64,000 nucleotides of DNA from Chloroflexota bacterium (GTDB lineage Bacteria; Chloroflexota; UBA11872; VXOZ01), in the NCBI GenBank assembly GCA_964291655.2, contig OZ219801.1:288001-352000 (forward strand). Direction: 5' to 3'. This document shows, in pieces, positions 57,297 to 64,000 of the stretch. Each line of letters begins with the position of its first letter. Position 1 is the first letter of the stretch. The notes below the pieces were generated by a model. It saw only the letters and a program-made list of their open reading frames with translations, was not told the DNA's origin and did not search any database. The translations under genes and the position numbers were made by a program.

Positions 57297-59681
57297 CTAG
57301 CGTCCAGCGCCGACCGGCTCGGCCTCCCGCTCCCGTTCCATCGCCCACTCGAACAAGGACAGCGACGGGGTCTGGGTCTTCCGTCCCTTCGGCTTGACCG
57401 GCTCCTCGGCCATGAACTCGGCCCAGGAGAACAGCGTCTGCTGCGGCTCCTCGGCCTCCTCGTGGTGGTCGTTCCCGTTGCCATTGCTGTTGGCGGGCGC
57501 GTGCCCGTTAACCGGAACCAGCTCGACCGTCGGCCCGATGCCGATGGGGTCGCGGTGACCGTTGCCATTGGCGTGGTGACCGTTGCCCCAGTATCCAGTA
57601 CGGGGCAGGCTGTTGACAGCGACCGTCTCCGGCTCGGCCTCCACCAGCTTCCAGCCGTCGTCCACCAGCAGTTCCTCGGCGGTGGCCTCGGCGTTCCGCG
57701 CCTGGGCGAAGACCTCCTCCACCGTCTCTGCTTCGTCGTTCTCCTCGCCACTGACGATCTTGCGGGCCAGGGCCATCATCAGGTCGTCGCCGTCGTCACC
57801 GAAGGCGGCTAGCCCGTCCTCCGGCAGCTCGCCCTCGACGGCCAGGGAGCTTTGCAGCTTCTTCGCCACCAGCTTGAGGGCGTCGGCCTGTAGGGTGTTG
57901 CGGTAGGACATGAACACCACTTTCACCGGGCGGGTCTGCCCGATGCGCCAGGACCGTCGGGAAGCCTGACGCATAACGTACACGCTATAATCCGTTTCCC
58001 CCCAGCAGATGGTTGGGAAGTCGATGAGGTCGAGTCCGGTTTGTACCAGCCTGGGGTGGCATATCAGGACATCGATGCCCTGCTTCACCCTGTCGGCGAC
58101 CCACTTCTCCCGCTTGTCGGGAGCCACGGCGTCGGCCTTCATCACCGCCACCCTGAAGCCGTGCCGGGTGAGGATGTCGTCCATCCGCTCCGTCACGTCC
58201 CTGGTCCCCGTGTGGGTCACGTAGACCAGCACCCGGCGGCCCTCCAAACGTTCCGTCGCCACCAGGTCGATGAGGGCCTTCTCCTTGGGGTAGAGTTTGT
58301 CCTCGGAGAGGGGCGGTACCTGGACTATGACGTCGCCGCTCCTGGGGTCGAAGACCGTCTCGCCCCTGGTGCAGCCGTCAGGGTAGGCGAGCAAGGTTTG
58401 CAAGTACGTAGCCAGCAGTCTCTTCGAGCCGGACTTGAGGGCCTCGGCCAGCTCCTTCCTCAGCTCTTCGAACACGGTGTCGTAGGCTGAGCGCTGGGAA
58501 TACCCCGTCGCGTCCTCCTCCGTGTCCATCGAGGACAGGAGTATCTGCTCCTCGTAGGGAGGCAGCCCCGACGCCACGTCGGAGAGGCGCAGGAAGACGG
58601 TGTTGCCGATCAGGTGGAAGAGCGCCGATGGCACGAGTCCGGGCCGCTCCCTGGTCACCTTGCGGTACTTGCGGCGCCTGCTGCTTCTGCCGTCCTCCAC
58701 CGCATCGTCGTCGGGCTTGCCGATGGAGTGCTCCTCGAAGCCGTAGCGCTGTATCCAGCGGTGCTCGTCCGACCTCTCGAACTCCATCCTGATCTCCGGC
58801 GAGAAGCGGTAGAGCAGGTGGAAGATGGTCGAAGCATAGCCGCCCAAAAGGGTTCCCGTTAGCGAGAGGGACTTGCCGCAGGCGTCGGCGAGGACACCGG
58901 CGGCGATGCCCTGAGCTGAGCCGCGAGACTTAAACTCGTGCACCTCGTCGCCGATCAGCAGGTCGAAGAAGCCCCGCATGTGATGTTTCACGTAATCGGC
59001 CAATGGGTATCTCTTGGGGCCGGACTTGTCGGCCTGCCAGAGGGGAGCGCCGCAGTCGGCGCAGGTGCGCTTCCTGCGGTTGAGGTCGGCGTCGGTCAGG
59101 GGAACGCCGTCCTTGTCCACCACCTGGGTCGTGCAGTCGGGGCAGCAGGGCACCCGGAAGGGCTCCCCCGTCTCCTCGTCCCTGACGAGCCTGCCCCTGG
59201 ACGTGGCCCACATATAGATGACGGCGGCCTTCCAGCGGTAGGAGAGCTTTGCTCTTTCCCTGCTCATCACGGCGAAGAGGGGGCCTGAGCCGATGGAGAG
59301 CTTGAGCTTCTCCAGGTCGGTGATGGAGGTGACGACGGCGGCCCGTGCCAGGGGAACCGTCTGCTCCACCTCCCGCTTCCACTTGCCGGTCAGGTGAGGC
59401 GGGCAGATGATGAGCACCCGCTCGAAGCCCGCCATGTACGCGGCTGCGGCTCCAATGAAAGTCTTTCCTGTGCCCATTTCGCCCACCACACTCGTGCCAC
59501 GGTGGATTCCGAGGGAGAGGGCTGCGCCCCTGATGGCATCGGCCTGCGCCCCCAGGGGAGTCCTGAGGAGGCGGGGCAGCTCGCCGCCGTTCTCCGAGGG
59601 GCGGTACAGCGGCGGGTAGGACGCCACCACCCGCTGGGCGATGGCGTCCTTGTACGTGTCTATGAAGTCTCCGAGGTTCAT
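57297..59681 (-). CDS. SNF2/DExH-like helicase with Zn-ribbon insertion
   Basis: GEMGTGKT, DEVH, LTGT, QASRRSWRIGQ; CPDC...CADC; AGGAG RBS before ATG 59681. Confidence 0.88.
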   Translation of the reverse strand: MNLGDFIDTYKDAIAQRVVASYPPLYRPSENGGELPRLLRTPLGAQADAIRGAALSLGIHRGTSVVGEMGTGKTFIGAAAAYMAGFERVLIICPPHLTGKWKREVEQTVPLARAAVVTSITDLEKLKLSIGSGPLFAVMSRERAKLSYRWKAAVIYMWATSRGRLVRDEETGEPFRVPCCPDCTTQVVDKDGVPLTDADLNRRKRTCADCGAPLWQADKSGPKRYPLADYVKHHMRGFFDLLIGDEVHEFKSRGSAQGIAAGVLADACGKSLSLTGTLLGGYASTIFHLLYRFSPEIRMEFERSDEHRWIQRYGFEEHSIGKPDDDAVEDGRSSRRRKYRKVTRERPGLVPSALFHLIGNTVFLRLSDVASGLPPYEEQILLSSMDTEEDATGYSQRSAYDTVFEELRKELAEALKSGSKRLLATYLQTLLAYPDGCTRGETVFDPRSGDVIVQVPPLSEDKLYPKEKALIDLVATERLEGRRVLVYVTHTGTRDVTERMDDILTRHGFRVAVMKADAVAPDKREKWVADRVKQGIDVLICHPRLVQTGLDLIDFPTICWGETDYSVYVMRQASRRSWRIGQTRPVKVVFMSYRNTLQADALKLVAKKLQSSLAVEGELPEDGLAAFGDDGDDLMMALARKIVSGEENDEAETVEEVFAQARNAEATAEELLVDDGWKLVEAEPETVAVNSLPRTGYWGNGHHANGNGHRDPIGIGPTVELVPVNGHAPANSNGNGNDHHEEAEEPQQTLFSWAEFMAEEPVKPKGRKTQTPSLSLFEWAMEREREAEPVGAGR

Positions 59682-59842
59682 GGTGTCTTTCTCCTGTGCG
59701 TAGTGGCCGGAGGACGACGCCGGGACGCAAGAGCCGCCCCGTGGGGGCGCTCGTGTCCCGGCAACGCCCCCAGGCGTCTGCTTGGATGTGCGAGGCACCG
59801 TCCTGTGGCGGGCCTCGTTGTGTGCGGCTCTGCGAGAGCCGT

Positions 59843-60040
59843 CTATGTGGCGGCGGGAATGGGCGGTCTTGCTCTGGCGTCCTCGCAACACCTTCCCGTC
59901 AGGTGGTACGCCCTCATAGGCGAGGAGACGGCCCTGCCGTGGTCGTCGATGTCCACCGATGCGGTATACATGGCCGGTTCGCCGGGTGCGATGGGCTGCC
60001 CGCACCGGCAGCAGGTTTCCAGTGCCATGGTCGCTTGCAT
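59843..60040 (-). CDS. Small Cys/His-rich protein (possible Zn finger)
   Basis: AAGGAGG RBS; CCRCG...YH...CC. Confidence 0.6.
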   Translation of the reverse strand: MQATMALETCCRCGQPIAPGEPAMYTASVDIDDHGRAVSSPMRAYHLTGRCCEDARARPPIPAAT

Positions 60041-60149
60041 TGTTTCCCTCCTTATATAGGGCTGTGTTGCGGCCTAAACAAAGCGAGGCCCGCCGGTTCC
60101 CGGTAGAGGGAGTGACGGGGCCTCGTGGGTGCGACTCGGTGTGAGCCGT

Positions 60150-61187
60150 CTATGCTGCGATGTCGGTGATCTCGCCGTCCTCCAGGTCGAGGGCCACCAC
60201 CGTGGTCTTGAGCCGCTCCCTGTGTACCTCCTTCTCCGGGGAGTCCTCGACCATCACCATCTCCTTCGAGGTGCGCCCCTTCACCAGGATGCGTCTGCCC
60301 TCGGATTCGAGGACGAGGTTGTCGAGGAAGCCCGCAGCCACCAGCATGGCCATGTGGCCGCGACGCAGGGGCATGAGCGGCCTGGTGCGGTTGTCCTTCG
60401 CAGGCCAGAGGGAGTCCGTTATCTCCGTGCTGGCCCACAGACCCGACCGCCTGGCCTCGGCAGCAGCCGCGACGGGATCGACGGTCCGGGTGGCGAAGAG
60501 GATGTCCCCGCTGGGCGAAGTGGCAGGGGTGTACTCCGGGTAAGGATAGGAGCGCAGGGGCTCCGGCTCCCCCAATGACCACTCCATCACCATGCTCTCG
60601 GCGGCAGCGTCGGGCACGGGGTCGGCCTTCCGATAGCCCATCAACACCACCTGGTCGAACATCTCCCGTTCGGGCACTGGGAACGACCAACACCGCATCC
60701 TGCCGTAGTGGGTGGACAGGTAGCGGGCGGAGTAGGAGAGGCGCTGCCTTGGCACGATGAACACCAGCAGGCCGTTCTCTGCCAGGTAGCGGGTGCAATG
60801 GGTGAGGAAGCTGTGCTCCACCCGCTTGTCTTCCGCATCCCAATCATAGGGCGGATTCAAGACCAGCAGGCCGAAGGCCCCGTTCGCTATCGAGGTGGCG
60901 AACAGGTCGGAGGCCAGGGTGCGGTGGAGCCGCTTCTCGGCCTCCTCCGCCCGGTCCCGGTGCAACTCGACGCCGTAGGTCTCGATGGGTATGGCGTTGG
61001 GCCGGTCGAGGCGTTCGGCCAGCCTCTGGAGAGCATCCCCGGCCCCGCAGCAGGGGTCGAGGATGCGCAGGGTCTCCCTGTCCCTGTAGTAGTAGCCGGT
61101 GGGGGTGTGGATCAGGTCGGCTATCAGGTCCACCACCCTCTCGGGCGTCGGGTAGTAGCCCCCTTTGGCGAGTGCAGCTAGTCTCAT
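60150..61187 (-). CDS. N6-adenine DNA methyltransferase-like protein (DUF6094 type)
   Basis: GYYPTP, LDPCCGAG, NPPY; AAGGAG RBS before ATG 61187. Confidence 0.85.
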   Translation of the reverse strand: MRLAALAKGGYYPTPERVVDLIADLIHTPTGYYYRDRETLRILDPCCGAGDALQRLAERLDRPNAIPIETYGVELHRDRAEEAEKRLHRTLASDLFATSIANGAFGLLVLNPPYDWDAEDKRVEHSFLTHCTRYLAENGLLVFIVPRQRLSYSARYLSTHYGRMRCWSFPVPEREMFDQVVLMGYRKADPVPDAAAESMVMEWSLGEPEPLRSYPYPEYTPATSPSGDILFATRTVDPVAAAAEARRSGLWASTEITDSLWPAKDNRTRPLMPLRRGHMAMLVAAGFLDNLVLESEGRRILVKGRTSKEMVMVEDSPEKEVHRERLKTTVVALDLEDGEITDIAA

Positions 61188-61216
61188 GTCATGACTCCTT
61201 TCCTTTGTTGCCGCTT

Positions 61217-61624
61217 TCAGGCGGCGATTCCGATGTCCTTGTGTGTTGGTTTCAGGCCAAGCATCTCGCCGATTGCCCGGTTCCTCTGGTAGCAGAGGAC
61301 TTGGTGTGTGCCGATGCTCTCGGCGCAAGGCACGCAGTAGGCGGTTATCAGCTCGGCGCGGTTGGCGACGGTGATGCGTCGCACCAGCACCGAGCCTCCC
61401 TCAGGGAGCGTGTGGCGGTAGAGCATGACCAAGGGGTCGCGCCGTTCGGTCTCCGTTGCGGGTCTGAAGAAGTGGGGCTGGCCTGAAGAGACCAGGTGCT
61501 GCGAACCGTCGTGACCGCAGTACCGGCACGTCTTTCCGTCGGAGCAGAACCGCTCCCAGGCCCCGTGGTTGCGCTGTCCGCGCCGTTTGCTGCTGCGCTT
61601 GGCCTTCCTAAGCGTCCTGTCCAT
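61217..61624 (-). CDS. Hypothetical Cys-containing protein
   Basis: MDRTLRK...CRYCGH...H...CVPC; 4 bp from the upstream stop. Confidence 0.6.
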   Translation of the reverse strand: MDRTLRKAKRSSKRRGQRNHGAWERFCSDGKTCRYCGHDGSQHLVSSGQPHFFRPATETERRDPLVMLYRHTLPEGGSVLVRRITVANRAELITAYCVPCAESIGTHQVLCYQRNRAIGEMLGLKPTHKDIGIAA

Positions 61625-61628
61625 CTCT

Positions 61629-62246
61629 CTACTCTCCCTCCGGCAGGACGAGCCTTCCCGACGACACCGCCTCGGACAGGTCATCCCTGAGCTTGTCGGC
61701 CTTGGGGGAGCACCTGTAGGCCGAGACTCCGACGGACTGGAGCGGGAGAATCTCCCCCTCGGCAAGGCCCCGCTCCCAGATCCAGTCGGCCCAGGAGCCG
61801 TGCAGGGGGAGCGGGCTGCGACGGTCCAGGAAGCGGTGATGGAGCGCAGGGGCCTCTTCTTCGCTCTGCGTCAGCAGCAGGAAGGAGTCCCGCTCGAAGC
61901 CGTACTCGGCCATCTTCGAATACACCAAGGCGTGCCAGCCGCCGGAACCGGGGAGCCGGGCGATCTTGGTCGTCCAGGTGCCGACGCTCTCGTATGGGAT
62001 TACGCAGCGTTCGTAGCCGCCGGTCAAAGCCATCCCATCCGCGCCCCTGATGAGGTGGGCCGTGTCCGGGGGCTGCTTGAGGAGGGAGGCCCAGATGGCC
62101 TTGAGCGCGGTCTGGGAGCCGACCATCGAGACGAACCAGAGGCCGTCGGTGCGGTCGTCGCGGGCGAAGGCGTCGGCGGTGGCCGAGAACCCTCCGGCAC
62201 TGATGGTGAACAGGTCTTCGGGGTCTATGACGTTAGTTGCGAGCAT
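61629..62246 (-). CDS. Hypothetical element protein
   Basis: 205-aa ORF with AAGGAG RBS; PLPLHGSWADWIW. Confidence 0.7.
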   Translation of the reverse strand: MLATNVIDPEDLFTISAGGFSATADAFARDDRTDGLWFVSMVGSQTALKAIWASLLKQPPDTAHLIRGADGMALTGGYERCVIPYESVGTWTTKIARLPGSGGWHALVYSKMAEYGFERDSFLLLTQSEEEAPALHHRFLDRRSPLPLHGSWADWIWERGLAEGEILPLQSVGVSAYRCSPKADKLRDDLSEAVSSGRLVLPEGE

Positions 62247-62343
62247 GTTGAGTCTCCTTTGTCGTGTGGGATGGGAACGATGCGCGGGGGAGCGTGTCCT
62301 CGCGTGAGAAGCCGGAGGGCGTGGGCCGCCCGGTCGTCGAGCT

Positions 62344-62874
62344 TCAGCGCATCAGCCCCCGCTCCTTGAGGCTGACGAACCGCTTGCCGCCTATGACCAC
62401 GTGGTCGAGAAGCTCGATGCCCAGGAGCTTGCCCGCCTTGGCCAGGTCCTTGGTGATGCGCACGTCCTCAGGACTGGGCGTGGGGTCATGGGAAGGATGG
62501 TTGTGAGCAACAACCACGGCAGGCATGGACTCGACCACGGCGGCCCGGAACACCTCGGCTGGCCTGACCACCGAGGAAAATACGTTCCCTTGATACACCG
62601 TGCGCTGGCCCAGCACCCGGTTCCTGCGGTCTAAGAGCAGCACCCTGAGCTGTTCCTGGGCCAAGGCGGACATCTCCTTCCCCAGCAAGTCGTACACATC
62701 GTGAGGGGTGTTGATGGAGGGCAGGTCTTCCGTGGAGCGCTCCGGCAGGGTCTCGACCTCGTAGCGCATCGCCAACTCTCCCAAGAGGCTCAGGTTGCTG
62801 CGCAGGGCTTCGAGTACCAGAACCTGCTCGGAGCTTGCGGAAAGGTCCTCGGTGGCGTTCTTCTTCCTGGTCAT
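62344..62874 (-). CDS. radC: RadC/JAB-domain protein
   Basis: EQLRVLLLD, HNHPS.DPTPS.ED, LLDHVVIG. Confidence 0.9.
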   Translation of the reverse strand: MTRKKNATEDLSASSEQVLVLEALRSNLSLLGELAMRYEVETLPERSTEDLPSINTPHDVYDLLGKEMSALAQEQLRVLLLDRRNRVLGQRTVYQGNVFSSVVRPAEVFRAAVVESMPAVVVAHNHPSHDPTPSPEDVRITKDLAKAGKLLGIELLDHVVIGGKRFVSLKERGLMR

Positions 62875-63000
62875 GTGGGCCTCCTTCTGCCTTAGGTTGG
62901 AACAAAGAGCGGGGCCGTCCTCCGGTAGATGGAGAACGGCCCCGTGTTTGGTGCGCCCGGCTGAGAAGGGCGTCTCGCTGTGCGGTTGTGAGGCTACGGG

Positions 63001-63375
63001 CTAGGCGAAGGGAGAGTCCTCCTCGGAGTGACCCGTGTCGCCGCTCCCGTTGCCGTTAGAGTCGAGGAAGACGACCTCGGAGGCGTGGACCTCGGTGCGG
63101 TGGCGGTTCTGGCCGTCCTCGTTCTGCCACGAGTTCTGGACGAGCCGCCCCGCCACGTAGACCCGGTTGCCCTTGCTCACGTACTCGTTCACCGCTTCGG
63201 CGGTCTTGCTCCAGCAGACGACGTCGTGCCAGTCGGCCTCGACCTGCCCATCCTGGCGGCGGCGGTCCGTGGCCAACCGCAGCTTCGTGATAGCGGTGCC
63301 ATTCGGCGTGTAGCTCATCTCTGGGTCCGTTCCCACCCTGCCCAACAGTTCGACCTTGTTAATCGTGCGTGCCAT
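63001..63375 (-). CDS. ssb: Single-stranded DNA-binding protein
   Basis: INKVELLGRVGTDPE, WHDVVCW, GRL; acidic tail DSPF. Confidence 0.93.
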   Translation of the reverse strand: MARTINKVELLGRVGTDPEMSYTPNGTAITKLRLATDRRRQDGQVEADWHDVVCWSKTAEAVNEYVSKGNRVYVAGRLVQNSWQNEDGQNRHRTEVHASEVVFLDSNGNGSGDTGHSEEDSPFA

Positions 63376-63517
63376 TTCGATTTCCTCCTGTGTGTGTAGT
63401 AGCGCGAGTCTTCCCGCGCCCGTTTGAAATGAAGCGGGGCCGCTTTCCCGTAGAAGGGAACACCGGCCCCGTCCTGCGCTTTCCGTCAGGGGAGCGTCGT
63501 TCTGGCTGAATCCGCCT

Positions 63518-63892
63518 TCAGCGAGACCGGCTCCTGATCTCGCCGATGGTCTTCGGTTGCCAGTACAGGTCGCGCTCCACGGCAGGAACGCCGCCGAACA
63601 CGGTCGCCTCCGCTAGCTCGTCGAGAGAGAAGTAACCGATTTCGCTCTCGAACCCTTCGCCGAGGCCGAAGCAGGTTCCGGTTTCCGGGTCCCACTCCGT
63701 TACGTACCAGGTCCAGTTGCTGAATGGGCTGAATAGCTTGGCGACGGCGAGCACGTAGTCGTAGTCCCTGACGTTCTCGTTTGCGTAGAGGGCGGGGATG
63801 GTTTCCCCCTGCTCCCTCGTCATCAATTCGTGTCCGCGCAGTCCGCTGTTCGCGTCCTGCCAGACCATCGTGGTTCCAGTCGCGTTGGACAT
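63518..63892 (-). CDS. DUF2958 domain protein
   Basis: KLFSPFSNWTWYVTE...FGL...EIGYFSLDEL...ERDLYW. Confidence 0.8.
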   Translation of the reverse strand: MSNATGTTMVWQDANSGLRGHELMTREQGETIPALYANENVRDYDYVLAVAKLFSPFSNWTWYVTEWDPETGTCFGLGEGFESEIGYFSLDELAEATVFGGVPAVERDLYWQPKTIGEIRSRSR

Positions 63893-64000
63893 GGTTTCTC
63901 CTTTCATGCTGTTAGATTGGGACTCTGCGGGGCCGTCCCGATGAGGGGAGACAGGCCCCGTGTGCGCTTCCGCAAGGGGAGCGTCTAGGAGACCCGCACG

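Larger units (their letters stand above)
57297..64000 (-). mobile_element. Part of an integrative/conjugative element (leading-region-like gene set), continues beyond the window
   Basis: Co-oriented DUF2958, ssb, radC, DNA MTase and SNF2-like helicase; visibly higher GC than the core genes. Confidence 0.75.

Noticed and set aside
59682-60005. N-terminal extension of the helicase ORF to 60005
   Set aside because: Overlaps the 65-aa gene and the hairpin motif; the RBS supports ATG at 59681.

Overview
Bacterial chromosomal window, most likely from a divergent Chloroflexota lineage (inferred from 16S features and gene families; host-associated lifestyle is plausible but unproven). 1-10.6 kb is core: rpsP-khpA-rimM-[6S-like RNA]-trmD-rplS-rnhB-yraN, followed by two adjacent enzyme homologues that lack their catalytic residues, then sfsA. 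The rRNA genes are unlinked: 16S (+, ~11-12.5 kb, own promoter and terminator), tRNA-Ile/tRNA-Ala with a separate promoter, and 23S-5S (-, ~33.1-36.5 kb, own promoter), converging over ~21 kb of metabolic and accessory genes that include a XerC/D-like recombinase. 37-52 kb holds tandem vWA lipoprotein paralogues, an MMPL transporter, a K+ channel, several pseudogenes and IS remnants. 52-64 kb is GC-rich and looks like part of an integrative/conjugative element: a 1487-aa repeat surface protein, then DUF2958, ssb, radC, an N6-adenine MTase and an SNF2-like helicase. The most striking unexplained signal is a repeated tandem-hairpin motif (GCG...CGT stems) in six intergenic gaps of that element, whose G-T wobbles indicate folding on the template strand. 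All calls come from reading the sequence and the ORF track; no database searches were run.
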